Source of the DNA: Octopus vulgaris
Lineage: Eukaryota
Direction: 5' to 3'
Length of the DNA stretch: 64,000 nucleotides
Assembly (NCBI GenBank): GCA_951406725.2
Contig: OX597814.1
Location: 36,270,001-36,334,000 of the forward strand
Shown here: piece by piece, positions 12,846 to 26,072 of the stretch
How the letters are laid out: every line of letters starts with the position of its first letter
Numbering within the stretch: position 1 is the stretch's first letter
Notes under the pieces: generated by a model
The model's input: the letters and a program-made list of their open reading frames with translations, nothing else
What the model was told of the DNA's origin: nothing
The model's database searches: none
Position numbers and translations under genes: made by a program

Positions 12846-13425
12846 AGAGAGAGAGAGAGAGAAAGAGAGATAAAGAGAGAGGGTGAATACCAAGAAAGAT
12901 GAGAAATGGAAAAGTAAAGTACACTGTATTATAAGTAATAAGATATAGAAAGCAGGTCCAATGAGATATTGGAAAGTTGAAGATTTAATTCTCAAGAAGT
13001 CACATTACATCATGCATCAGAGCATGATCATTTCAGTATAATCATCCATTGGCTGGTTTTGTGATATCGATCTTAACAGGATGGTTAATTAATAGAAAAA
13101 GCTATTCAATGACTACTTTCAATTCCCTATTACTATATCCAGTGACACTGGAGAGGCCAAGTAGCTGAGTGGATACAGTATTAGATGACCAATCATAGAT
13201 CAAGATTGTTATATACTGCAGTAACTAACTGGATAGTGTTTCAGGCTTGATTACTTTATACTAAATTCCATCAATTTATCTAATGCTGGGAAGTAAGAAG
13301 GAGATAACAAGAAAATATGGTCTAGCATCCTATCCAAGAGAATAGTTACCCTATATTTGCTTAATGCTGTGTAAAGAGAATTTGCTTTTGCTTTTAATTT
13401 CTCTCAAGACTTTGAAGGAACTACG

Positions 13426-13833
13426 GATGCAGGAGTGGCTGTGTGGTAAGTAGCTTGCTTACCAACCACATGGTTCTGGGTTCAGTTCCACTGCGTGGCA
13501 TCTTGGGCAAGTGTCTTCTGCTATAGCCCTGGGCTGACCAATGCCTTGTGAGTGGATTTGGTAGATGGAAACTGAAAGAAGCCTGACATATATATGTATA
13601 TATATATATGTATATCTGTATGTTTGTGTGTCAGTGTTTGTCCCCCTAGCATTGCTTGACAACCGATGCTGGTGTGTTTATGTCCCCGTCACTTAGCGGT
13701 TTGGCAAAAGAGACCGATAGAATAAGTACTGGGCTTACAAAGAATAAGTCCCGGGGTCGATCTGCTCGACTAAAGGCGGTGCTCCAACATGGCCACAGTC
13801 AAATGACTGAAACAAGTAAAAGAGAGAAAAGAG
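13426..13833 (+). mobile_element. SINE family A, full length
   Basis: gcaggagtggctgtgtggtaag (A box), gggttcagttcc (B box), CORE-like cttgggcaagtgtctt, internal (TA/TG)n, tail gaaacaagtaaaagag. Confidence 0.9.
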
Positions 13834-14229
13834 ATGCCTTTATGTGGGTGTTTGACCTGCAAGAAATAGGAAGTATATGGCCTAGTGATTAGAGTGTCTG
13901 GTTCTTGATCACAAGGTCATTGGTTCTATTCCTAGACTAGATAGCATATTGTGTCCTTCATTTTACTTTGCCCCAGTCTACTCAGCTATAATGAGTACCA
14001 GTTAATTCCCTGTACACTGCTTTTTCCTTCCAGCTGTTGCATTCAGGATATTCCATTTGGTTAGTAATTAAAGGACCAGCAGTGTATCAATGTCTGTTCA
14101 CAACTACTGAGACATCTAGAACAATTAGCAAAAGCATGGTATATGTTACCAGAACGTGCTTGCTTGTGAGTGATGGTTGGCTGTATTTAGAAACTACAGC
14201 CAAATTGGCTTCAAACCATAACCTCGCTG

Positions 14230-14432
14230 GGTGAAATGTTTAGCAGTATTTCGTCTGCCGTTACGTTCTGAGTTCAAATTCCGCCGAGGTCGACTTTGCC
14301 TTTCATCCTTTCGGGGGTCAATAAATAAAGTACCAGTTACGCACTGGGGTCGATGTCATCAACTTAATCCTTTGTCTGTCCTTGTTTGTCCCCTCTATGT
14401 TTAGCTCCTTGTGGGCAATAAGAAATAAGAAA
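14230..14432 (+). mobile_element. SINE family B, 5' truncated
   Basis: Family B core and tail present. Confidence 0.85.
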
Positions 14433-14867
14433 GTAAAGGGCAGATTTTGTTTCTTTGTTGCATGTAATGTAGTCCAAGGAGGAAGAACAGAGCGAATGAT
14501 TTATTTTTTCAGGACCCTTAAATTGATGAGATGAAGCAAAGAAGCTGTAACCAGACTTGAGGCTTACAACATAGAGAACTTTTCTAAAGATACCCAAGAA
14601 TCGAATGGCAGCATTAAATAACAGACCAAATTTACTACCCTGTATTTGTAGTTCTATATAAATAAGATGAAATGGTTATAAATGGAATGCCAACTATCAC
14701 AGGCCTTTTTAATCAGGAAGCCTGACCTTGGGCTAAACAACAAGAACAGCACCTTTCAGAACTTGGAAGGCATTTATACAGTCACAAACAGAAACACAAC
14801 TACCAATAATATGAAAAAAAAAATAGTGATTACAAGATCACTTCATATATCTAATTCTTTTATTCAC

Positions 14868-15129
14868 TTACTCTTCCATCTATTTCAGTCAGTTGACTGC
14901 GGTCATGCTGGGGCACCATCTTAAAGGGTTTTAGTTGAACAAATCAACCCCAGGACTTATTGTTTTTTAAAGTCTGGTACTTATTCTATCAATCTTTTTT
15001 GCTGAACCACTAAGTTATGGAGATGTAAACTGTAAACTCATTAACACCAGTTATCAAACAGTGGTGGGGGACAAACACAGACACACACATACACACATGC
15101 ACACACACATACATACATGCATGCACGCA

Positions 15130-15188
<59 letters not shown>

Positions 15189-15352
15189 AGAGGCTTCTTT
15201 TCAGTTTCTGTCTACCAAATCCACTCACAAGACTTTGGTCAGCCTGAGGTAATAGTAGAAAACACTTGCACAAGGTACCACACAGTGGGACTGAACCCAG
15301 AAACGTGTGGTTGAAAAGCAAACTTCTTACTACACAGCTATGCCTGCACCTA
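14868..15352 (-). mobile_element. SINE family A, full length with expanded (CA)n
   Basis: Reverse complement of the family A head and tail. Confidence 0.85.
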
Positions 15353-15889
15353 ACGTATATATTTGGGGGAAAGAAATCTTCATTTATAGGATTTATACAT
15401 CTTAAGATGTATTTGCTGTGGAAGCTGAAGAAGTTTTAGACAGATATCAGTATGCAGGATTACAAGCTGAATGAGTTAACGGTATGTATCTCAAATGTAG
15501 CTCTGTGTCCATGGCCAATGTTTTTAATTCCCACAGGTTCAGCTCAACTAGCTGCATAAAGCTTACTGTGTAAGGAGACCACCTATCGCTTTAGCATTTT
15601 ATAATTAATGAATGTTATAATAGCTTGCAGTATTGTGTTTGAGTTCTTCTATTGGTTAGGTGTAAGTAATGGTAAAACTATTGCAGTGTTTTGTACTCAA
15701 GAGATCAATAACTTGGCAAGACTACTAAAAGTTAAATACCTGACTCTAATACTTTCAATAATACCAAGTATAGAAAAACAACTACAACAACAATATTTGT
15801 TGTAAACTTCAGATTCTGGTTTAGTTCTGTCTAAGTAACATTGTTTGGAAGAAGATATTCATTACCATTGGTAATAAGTATATCATTAA

Positions 15890-16112
15890 CCCTTTAGCAT
15901 TCAAATAAACTCTATCAAATGTAATGCTTGTTTATTCACAATGTTTTGAATTAATCATGAGTTATATTTTGTAGCTTTAGGATTTTGATGATGCGATCGA
16001 TTTTTTTTAGAATGACATTATAAGGTAGATATGAGAAGTCAGAATTGACCAGCTTGAATATAAAACAGGTAGAATATTTTAGCTGGATATGGTTGGTTTA
16101 AATGCTAAAGGG
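15890..16112. mobile_element. piggyBac-type MITE
   Basis: TTAA-ccctttagcattcaaa ... tttaaatgctaaaggg-TT[SINE]..TTAA. CCC/GGG termini and a TTAA target. Confidence 0.8.
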
Positions 16113-16114
16113 TT

Positions 16115-16502
16115 GGATGGAAGCACTCCGTCGGTTACGACGACGAGGGTTTCGGTTGATCCGATCAACGGAACAGCCTGCTCGTGAAATTAACGTGTAA
16201 GCGGCTGAGCACTCCACAGACACGTGTACCCTTAACGTAGTTCTCGGGGATATTCAGCGTGACACAGAGAGTGACAAGGCCGGCCCTTTGAAATACAGGT
16301 ACAACAGAAACAGGAAGTAAGAGTGAGAGAAAGTTGTGGTGAAAGAGTACAGCAGGGATCACCACCATCCCCTGCCGGAGCCTCGTGGAGCTTTTATGTA
16401 TTTTCGCTCAATAAACACTCACAACGCCCGGTCTGGGAATCGAAACCGCGATCCTACGACCGCGAGTCCACTGCCCTAACCCCTGGGCCATTGCGCCTCT
16501 AC
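16115..16502 (-). mobile_element. SINE family C, long tail, young CpG-rich copy
   Basis: Reverse copy of 439-824. TSD gctaaa(g/a)ggtt at 16104-16114 and 16503-16513. Confidence 0.92.
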
Positions 16503-16839
16503 GCTAAAAGGTTAATGTCCTTGAGAAAGCCACAATTTCCATTTTAGAAATGAATATATGCATCTATTTTTCTTTCTATCTATCTGTCAGTCTGTCTGTC
16601 CGTCCATCTGTCAATCCTTCTTTCCATCCATCTATCCATCAAGTTGTCCATCTATCCAACCATTCATCAGTTTGTCTACCAGTGTATGCTTGTATGTATA
16701 TTTTTGTGGGGGATATACTTTAAGTGTTTTTCATTAGCAGAATACATGCCAGTTCCTAACAAAGTTGCAAGGCCCTTTTGTTTAAATCAAGACAGCTTTG
16801 GAGGCTAGTGATCACCTGGATTGACTGATGTATCCATAA

Positions 16840-16842
16840 ATG

Positions 16843-16890
<48 letters not shown>

Positions 16891-16997
16891 TGTGTGTGTG
16901 TGCATCTGTATATGAATAAGCTTGGAGGTGAGGTTGTGTTTGCCATGATAAAACACAAGCATGTTTGTTTTATTATTATTTTCAAGTGTGCCTGCAT

Positions 16998-17028
<31 letters not shown>

Positions 17029-17102
17029 CATACATACATACATACATACATACATACATACATACATACATACATACATACATACATACATACATACATA
17101 CA

Positions 17103-17138
<36 letters not shown>

Positions 17139-17147
17139 TATATATAT
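16840..17147. repeat. (TG)n, (CA)n, (TACA)n and (TA)n microsatellites
   Basis: Directly visible arrays. Confidence 0.95.
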
Positions 17148-18644
17148 TCGATATGTAGATATGACTGAGCAAATATGTTTACCCAAGAACCTCAAATGGA
17201 AATTCCCTGAAATGTTTGAGACAAATTTTCACTCTTTGTCTTATTGATTTTATTTAAAAAATGCAAATCAGTGTGTTCTGTTCACATTTCGTGAACCAAA
17301 CCATTCAAAATTTTTATAATGATTTATTGTTATGTAAGCCTAATGCACCTATGACAATAACAACAAACAAAATCTATAAGCTGGATATAAGAGCTGTAGG
17401 TTTTTTTATTAGTTCTTCATAGATATTCTTCTTTCTTTCAGTTTCTGAAGATATTCACATCTGCTGGGCAGGTGATCTCCACCACAGTGCACAACTTTAG
17501 TATGGGTTAGATGAATAAATATTATTAGGGTATTGCATTATTTACAGCTGGATACTAATTTTTTCATCAACTCATGCCTGATTTTCAATTAAGAAATTTT
17601 TTTATTCCACTTGTCTTTAAAGGTACTGGGAGTAGTGCACAGTGACCAACCATTTAAGCTAGAATTTGAAACCCAATCCACATATTTCTAAATTTCATCA
17701 GCCTATTGTTTTTGCACTAAGAAATTTACAAGAATAAATTGACCTCTTGATCTTTCTTGAAGCATTCACTGGTCAAAGCTGATTAAAGAGAAAATATCCT
17801 TTATTTTTGCTTGACCTAATTTAGTTACAAAGAACATAAATATGTGAAGCCAAATAGCTTTCTTTCTCCTTGGCTTGACCAGTCTCTGGTCAAAAAGCAA
17901 CTCTCAGTATGCTGATCAAAGTGTGAAAGTAGATTTATTACCCCTCCTACATACCTAGACTTTATTACTCTATCTTGCTTCAGTAGTAACTCATAGATGA
18001 AGCCAGCTACCATGCACAATTGACATGAAAGTAAAAACAATTTTTTTTATTACAACAAACAAGCTATACATACAAACTATTGAAGAAGACTAATTTCTAG
18101 ACTGTAATGACTCACATAATAATCAAATTAATAAATAGCCATCATAATAAGTAATTAATATTGTTCTTCATTTCATTTTATGCGATGCAATATATCACAA
18201 TACATAACAGTAATATTAAGCTAGAGAATGGTTTGCTGTTAGGGAATGCCAAAAATGTTGTTTATTTTTTGATTTACATTCAATATTTTCATGTGAAGAC
18301 ATGGAATGTAACCATTCATACAGACATACATATGTATGCAAACATATATACATGCATTAATGAATGAATAAGTATGTCCATTCTCTCGGATGAGGATTGA
18401 CAGCCTCAAATGCAAACACAGCCACCACTCCTCACCACTTACTGCAGTCTGGTGATGAAGTTGCATGCTCCACACTCCAGCAGAGCCCTCCCTTTTCAGT
18501 CCTTGTTGCCCATTTTCCAAGTGGTCAGTCCTCAATGTTGTATGCACAGAGATTTTCAGTTGGCCCTGAAAAAACAACCAAAATATGTGTGTATGTGTAC
18601 GTGTGTGTATGTGTACGTGTGTGTATGTGTGTGTGTGATTATAT

Positions 18645-18945
18645 ATCATCCTTTAACGTCCACCTTCCATACAGACATGGGTTGTATGGTATGACAGAAG
18701 CTGGCCAGACAGAAGACTTCCCCAGGGTGCAGTGTCTGTTTTTGCAAGGTTTATATGGCTGGATGCCCTTTCTAACATCAGCCACCCTGCAAAGTGGACT
18801 GAGTGCTTTTATATGGCACAGGTGAGATCAGTTTTGGCATGGTTTTTACAGCTGGATACTCTTCCAAATGCCAACCACTTTACAGTGTGGACTGAGTGCT
18901 TCTTATGTGGCACCAGCACTGTCAGGGTCACCAAGTAACTTGCAA
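18645..18945 (-). mobile_element. Diverged RTE-type 3' tail fragment with internal repeat
   Basis: catcctttaacgtccaccttccat followed by two gctggat..cttc..aa..cc units. Confidence 0.6.
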
Positions 18946-19036
18946 AACAAAGATACTTTGAGAGGAGTGGAGACTACAGTGTGTGGTGAAGAGTAGTGGC
19001 TTTGTTTGTCTTTGGGGCTCTCAACCATTATATATA

Positions 19037-19212
19037 CAAGGGGGTGCTGTAAAGTTTCTAGCTTTAAGCGTATCGAGAAAGGCTTAGTAAAACTGAAGAA
19101 CTACTGCAACATGTGTGAATCTTAGAGTGGAATATGTTGAATACAATCAAAATTAACCAATCCTCCTGTATTTTCTTTTACCCAAAGCTAGGAACTTTTC
19201 AGTACTCTGTTG
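19037..19212. mobile_element. mariner-derived MITE
   Basis: TA-caagggggtgctgtaaagtttctagcttt ... aaagctaggaacttttcagtactctgttg-TA, about 28-bp imperfect TIRs. Confidence 0.75.
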
Positions 19213-20269
19213 TATGTATGTACATACATACATACATATATATATATATAGATACAGGGATGGTATTATTAAAATACCATCACAAGTGGTAAGCAAATTA
19301 TCAGCCATATAGGCAAATTAATAAAATATATACATACAATATTAGATATGTATATATGTACATATCTAATATTGTATGTATGTATATATATATATAAACA
19401 CACACACAAAAAGAGCGAGGGTGGCACTGTTGGCTTCCAAAGAGTTCACCAATTTTACTCACAAACCATTAATCTGCCCAAGTCTAAAGTAGATGGTTTT
19501 CCAAGGTGCTCGACAGTGGGATGGAACCTAGTAGCTATAGAGCAAAGTCTGTATCTTCACAGCCATATAATAATTACAATATAAAAGGATTCCTCTGCTT
19601 TACTTCATTTTGTGAGGCTCTATGTCCTGCACGCACTATACTGCAACAGGTCTATTTTTCAGTTCTCTTCATTATTTCTCTACATATACACATATCCTTT
19701 TGATAGGTAGAATTTAATATTATTATTTCTAGTGGAATAAATATATAATTCTCTTAATTACTCTGCTACAGACATATGGGTAGCAGAATAGTCTGGATAT
19801 TTAGAATTGCTTTAGCAATAGAAAATCTTGGAAATTAAGCTATGAAGAATCCCTAGAGTTTTCAATGGAAACTTAGATTGAACCAAAACCTAAAATACTC
19901 ATTTGGACATTCTATTTCTATATTTCTGATGGATTTATCTTCAATAATCTATTTCAGGCAATCCTATCTTGGGAATGATTCCAATCTAACTTGATTCCCA
20001 TAATTTAGTCTTCTTTACCTTTTCTTGTTATTAATATACATACGCTCTTACTTTATCTATACATATTCATTCATAATCTTGTTGATCACTAGACTAATGA
20101 ATGTGTATATACAACAAACTCTTGGCAACACCTCTTCACTTTCAGTCACTCCTACTGCAATAATTACATTAAACCAGCTGTCAGCCACAACAGACAAACA
20201 TAACATAAGTTGTATATAATATGATCATCATCATTCATTTCATCTAACAGCACCTGTATTACCAAGTGG

Positions 20270-20270
20270 A

Positions 20271-20301
<31 letters not shown>

Positions 20302-20584
20302 TGTGTGCATATATGCATGTCTACACATGCTCTCTCTCTCTCATACACACACACACGTGCGTGCACATGCAAGCATGCACACACACACATGTATATATAT
20401 AAACATACATACATATATGCATATATATATATATACATGCACATGTTTGTGCATACATATATATATATGCTCATATGTATATGTCTGTATATATATTTAT
20501 ATGCATGTGTGTGTATATATATATATATATATGTATATACACACATACATATAAATATATATATACATGCATATACATATGTGC

Positions 20585-20637
<53 letters not shown>

Positions 20638-20785
20638 TATACATATACATATAAACATATTGTATATATACATACATATATATATATATATATACATACA
20701 TTTATATAGACACCCACACCTACACACACACATATAATATATATAATATACATACATGCACCTACACTCCCATATACATATATAT

Positions 20786-20850
<65 letters not shown>

Positions 20851-20865
20851 GACATGATATATATG
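20270..20865. repeat. Compound (TA/CA/TG)n alternating purine-pyrimidine tract, ~600 bp
   Basis: Directly visible. Source of the 225-aa pseudo-ORF. Confidence 0.95.
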
Positions 20866-21227
20866 TAGATAATTAAGTTTGAGGGAGAGAAAGAGATAGC
20901 TGTTTTGACCTTTACTAAAACTGTTTCAAATACCAAGTTTTGTTTCTTAATTACTCCATTAGCCCCAAATTGTGCAATAGTTTATTAGCTAAAGCTTCAT
21001 ATTTTAATTATGGTGCAGCATGAGAACAATTGGTTTTTAATTTTTATTTATTTTACTTTTATTTTGTTCCTTACATTTTGTTTGTTCAATTTAGTCTTTT
21101 TTCTTTTTTGCTTTATAAACATCTCATTCTGCCTGTTTTTATTTCTCACTCAGCTTCTACATATAAGAGTGTACTTGCTGCTATAATGGATATGTGATGC
21201 GTATGAAGAAGTGTACAGGGTTCAAAA

Positions 21228-21482
21228 TAGATGGAAACTGAAAGAAGCCCATCATGTGTGTGTGTGCTTGTGTGTGTGTGTGTGCGTGTCTGTGTCTGCG
21301 TTTGTCCGTCACCACTGCTTGAAAGGTGATGTTGGTTAGTTTACATACCCCGTAATTTAGCAGTTGGGTAGACTTTAAAAAAATAAGTACCAGAGTCGAT
21401 CCATTTGGCTAAAAATTCTTCAAGGCAGTGCCCCAGCATGGCCACAGTTTAATGACTGCAACAAGTAAAAGGTAAAACATAA
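21228..21482 (+). mobile_element. SINE family A, 5' truncated
   Basis: gatggaaactgaaagaagccc..ccagcatggccacagt..aagtaaaag. Confidence 0.8.
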
Positions 21483-21519
21483 ATGATATCCATATAAAAT
21501 GGGGAAATAAATGTTGAAC

Positions 21520-21822
21520 ATGCCGAAGATGGCAGGTGCCAGCGCTGCCTGACTGGCGTCCCTGTTGGTGACACATAAAAGAACCAACTGATCATGGCCG
21601 TTTGCCAGCCCCCTCTGGCCCCTGTGCCGGTGGCACGTAAAAAACACCCACTACACTCATGGAGTGGTTGGCATTAGGAAGGGCATCCAGCTGTAGAAAC
21701 ACTGCCAGATCAGACTGGAGCCTGGTGCAACCTCCTGACTTCCCAGACCCAGGTCGAACCGTCCAACCCATGCTAGCATGGAAAACAGACGTTAAACGAT
21801 GATGATGATGATGATGATGGTA
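21520..21822 (+). mobile_element. RTE LINE 3' UTR fragment
   Basis: ggaagggcatccagctgtagaaac..ccatgctagcatggaaaacagacgttaaac(gat)n. Confidence 0.88.
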
Positions 21823-22449
21823 ATGATATATATATATATGCATTTGTGTATTGGTTTGCAGCATTCTTGTTTCAAATTTGTATGTTGAAACAAATCTTGT
21901 GTCTAGGAAGGGTCGTTATACCAATCATAATCAAAATAAACACACACACTGCTTCAACAACTCTTCTCTATTTTGCCAACTAACTACCCAATGGTTTGTT
22001 TAATGTGTTAATTGAACCATCAATTGTTTGTTAGTTTTCTCTCTTAGAGTCTTTTCGTTGCTTTTTGCAACCTTATTAATGACATGCGCTCACTCTTCAA
22101 AGTCTGATTTAAGTCAGTCTGAGAACTTGTCTTATGCCTATATTTGTTTATTGTACTGTCACAAATTACCATTGGGATTATTAATAACAAGTTGGTCACG
22201 TGCTATCAAAAACGACGGCTAATTGTTGTAGTTTATATATAAATATGGATGGTAAATCAAATTAATACACTTGTCAATGTTACCTAGTGATTGTCTTTTG
22301 AGATGTGACATCGGTCATCATTTGTTACTGAAAGAGCACCAGTTCACACATACAAACATTCACATACTTTTCTTATAAATACACACATATACTCACACAG
22401 AGTTGAAACGCTTTGATTTTTCTTTTCAGCGTTGAATGTCCCACTTCCA

Positions 22450-22679
22450 ATTTCTTTATTGCCCACAAGGGGCTAAAGACAGAGGAGACAAACAAGGACA
22501 AAGAAACGGATTAAGTCAATTATATCGATCCAAGTGCATAACTGGTACTTATTTAATCGACCCCGATAGGATGAAAGGCAAAGTTGACCTTGGTGGAATT
22601 TGAACTCAGAACGTAGAGGTAGACAAAATACTGCTAAACATTTCGCCCGGTGTGCTAACGTTTCTGCCAGCTCGTAGTG
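22450..22679 (-). mobile_element. SINE family B
   Basis: 13-bp TSD tgtcccacttcca at 22437-22449 and 22680-22692. Confidence 0.9.
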
Positions 22680-22697
22680 TGTCCCACTTCCATTGCA

Positions 22698-22743
<46 letters not shown>

Positions 22744-22964
22744 TGCACACATGCACGAACAAATGCCTCCCTTTTACATACACACCTTTTACATACACAC
22801 ACATACCTCCCTTTTACATACACACACATATACTTACACAGAGATGACACTCCCACTACCAGTTTGCCATCACCTCTTCCTTCTTTATTCATCTATCACT
22901 CCTTCTTTTCTCATTCATATGTTGTGGTGGAGAAAAACACAAGAGTATTATAATAGTAGATTAA

Positions 22965-23526
22965 CGAGCAAAACGCCCACCCGCTGTCCAATGGATGGTG
23001 CTGAGTTGTCAAACATTTAAACCAAATTTTCTCAAAACAACTTGTCTGACCGTCCCATAGGCCTCCCCTTTGAGAAACTCTGATTTAACATAAATTTGAG
23101 ACATCAGCAAAAGAAGAAATAAAGATAGACTTTTTTCTATTTCAAAGAAAAACGATTTTAGTCACACAAATATGCAAACGAATTGTTTAAAATACCAGTA
23201 ATGATAAGGCTGTTGACTGGGAGAACACAAACATGGTTTAAACAGTAAGCTTGGCAGAAAAGAAACGTGCCCTTAAGCAGTACAAAAACAACAAAAAATG
23301 GAAGGTGCAGTTATGTACAGGTTGAAGGAAAAAAAGCAGGACAAAAATGGCTTTATCGATCGCATTCTTACCTGGAATCCATTTTTGTAATTTTTTCAAG
23401 AATTATACACACCTTGATACTGTCGGTATCTACATATCATATCAAATTCGAGCACAATCGGATGGAGGATGCCTGAGATCCGAGACGACATACACACAGA
23501 CAGACAAATGGATTTTATATAATAGA
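22965..23526 (-). mobile_element. Non-autonomous Helitron-like element, diverged
   Basis: The minus strand starts TCtattatataaaa followed by (tgtc)n, as in the other Helitrons here. It ends in a GC-rich subterminal motif then gCTCG (one mismatch from CTAG), in an A|T context. Confidence 0.5.
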
Positions 23527-24009
23527 TTATCAGTGATGGAATCTAACAAGACATCTAAGTTAAGTTAGATATAAATATTACCTCTTTGTATGAATACTGC
23601 TTCCGTCACTAATAATCAATTTTTAATAAACCTGCTGACTATTTGGGACATCAATGTTTGAAAAGATGTTGATCTGCTATATGTCACAGCAGCAAAATTT
23701 GCCTGGTATGCAATGACTGGGCACTTCTCATTGATGATTTCCAGTTGATTGAAATCATTTAATATGAGGATTCCGCCGCCCATGATAGATGATTCTCATT
23801 TACTATGATCTGTATGTGTGTGTCTTTATGCATGAAGTGTCTATATGAGAAGATCTCTCGAGGCCAATAATGAAGTATCTGGTGTTCTAATGAGACATTC
23901 TTGTTAAGCTGTATATAATGATTACCTTTCAATACTAATACTGTTTTGTTGGTAACACTTAATATAAATATGTATATCTATTCCTCCATGTATCTATCTA
24001 TCTATCTAC

Positions 24010-24165
24010 CTATTTCTTTTTACAATCCCTTTTGATCGAAAACCTACCCCATTTATATTTTTTATTTTTCATTTTCTTTTCTTATTTTTTTCTCCCCAAA
24101 AAGGAAAGCTCTACTTTGTAATTTGTCCCCTCTATGTTCAGCCCTGTTTGGCTAATAAAGAAACA
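24010..24165 (+). mobile_element. Retroelement 3' end sharing the SINE B tail, embedded in (TATC)n
   Basis: ttgtcccctctatgttcagccctgtttggctaataaagaaac matches the SINE B tail, but the upstream sequence is not SINE B. (TATC)n lies on both sides, the long array at 24166-24252. Confidence 0.55.
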
Positions 24166-24253
<88 letters not shown>

Positions 24254-24880
24254 ACACACACACACACACACACACACATTGTTCACATCATATGAATTAA
24301 TAAATTTTAAGAGAATGTGAAATAATTGATTTGGAACAGTGAAATTTAAAGCAGATAAAACTATAAATGATTGTGAGTAAAAATTGGGTTAAAACTCCCT
24401 TTTGATAGAAGAATTTTAAGACTGCCCATGTGACAAGCCCATAGTTTCTATAAACTTAACAGGCTTTCTACTATTGGATCAAGCAACCCTTTGTATTTCT
24501 CTATATATTTTTAAAACTGTTGATATCATAAAAATGTATATATATTGAGTGTATGGTTAACCATATACTTCTAAATAAAACCCTGATTTTTGCCAGTATA
24601 CCTCAAGGATATGTAAAATAATTCTTTACTTGGAACAGTGAAACTTAATGCAGAGAAAGCTGTGATTAATAGCTTGTAAATATTGATACTCTTTGCAAAG
24701 AAAATGTGCAAGGCTGCTTTGAGAATGCCTTGGGCAGCCTTCACCTTTTTCTATTCAAAGGCTTTTCTAACATAACATTTATATGCTATTATATTATAGC
24801 TTTGTCTGCTACTAGTTTCATTGTTCTCAACATGGTTGTAGTAGCAAAATGTGCTGAGGCATATTTGAAGAAAAATACAC

Positions 24881-24913
<33 letters not shown>

Positions 24914-24930
24914 CATACATACATACATAC

Positions 24931-25465
24931 ATGGTGGCTCCCCTCTCGTTATCGAGTATGGCCATTGCACGAAGCCTAATCAATGTTGTTATCGTGCAAT
25001 GCCTGTGCAAGAAGATTTTTTTTTAATTGAGGAAAGGCTGTGCACTGAGTCAATCCCACTCACTAAGCAACAGCAGCCATAATTCGAAAAGAAAAATAAG
25101 TCAACATCATCAGTAACCACTGAGCCGCAGGTTTTATGTCAGAGTTATCCCAGTTACCTGAGTTACCTTCTCCTAGAGGGATGCCCTAACAAAGGCTGGG
25201 AGTCCTTCACTCCCAATGGTTTAACCATGTGGTCGGGTATTCAGTCCGATTATTTCTATGTCCCCGCGCATGATACAGCCTTAAGATATTTATTGGATGA
25301 CCATTGACTCTCAAGAGTTCCTCTGGCCTTTGACGGTGTCCAATAAACACCCTCCTCACCAAGCAAGCTTGGTGGGGATGCAGGTTTAGTCGTTGACGAC
25401 CCAACCATGCAACAGGTTGTACTGGGTTACATGTTACCAGTAGCACTCGAGAGTGACCCGACATA
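24931..25465 (-). mobile_element. Probable non-autonomous RTE-related retroelement
   Basis: GC-richer ~535-bp block between (TACA)n arrays. Contains gggcatccctctaggagaagg, which resembles RTE 5' UTR motifs. Single copy in the window. Confidence 0.45.
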
Positions 25466-25466
25466 A

Positions 25467-25529
<63 letters not shown>

Positions 25530-25679
25530 TGCATCTCAGGTGGTGAAAAACACAATGGTACCCCAGCATGATCACATCTTTAAAACTGAAGCAATTTAAA
25601 GTATTTAAAGAATGTGTGTGAGTGTGTCTGTATGTGTGTGTGTGTGTGTCTGCGCGTGTGTGTGTATGTTGATCTCTAA

Positions 25680-26058
25680 CTCAGCGGGGAACTTGTGGAA
25701 GAAGTAGACCCAGGAAGACATGGGATGGGGTGGTGAAATATGATCTTCAGATGTTGAATCTCACAGACTCTCAGAAGCAATTACAAGTGACCAAAATGTT
25801 TGGTAATTTGTTGTGCTTGAGAAGACACATCAAGCTAAGTTGTGGCCAGTGCTGGTGACATGTAAATGGCACATGGTACACTCTGTGGAGTAGTTGGCAT
25901 TAAGAAGGGCATCCAGTCATAGATACGAAATTGAAACAGACAAGTCTGCTGCTGATCTCTGTCAAACTGTCCAAGTCCCAGTCAAACTGTCCAAGCCATG
26001 TCGGCATGGAAAATGGATGCTAAATGACAGTGATGATGATGATGATGATGGTGATGAT
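25680..26058 (+). mobile_element. RTE LINE 3' end (ORF C-terminus, UTR and (GAT)n tail)
   Basis: GTCGRSRPRKTWDGVVKYDL-like remnant, then gtgcttgagaagac and the shared tail. Confidence 0.75.
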
Positions 26059-26072
26059 AAATATATATATAT

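Noticed and set aside
20259-20936. 225-aa ORF and other YI/HT/CV/YLSI-rich ORFs (e.g. 12634-12995, 16756-17247, 56250-56621)
   Set aside because: These are stop-free translations of (TA)n, (CA)n, (TACA)n and (GATA)n microsatellites, not genes.
23616-23783. 55-codon minus ORF MGGGILILNDFNQL.., faintly like PIF1/Helitron helicase motif II
   Set aside because: It is a single weak motif, lies outside the adjacent Helitron termini and has no other helicase motifs.
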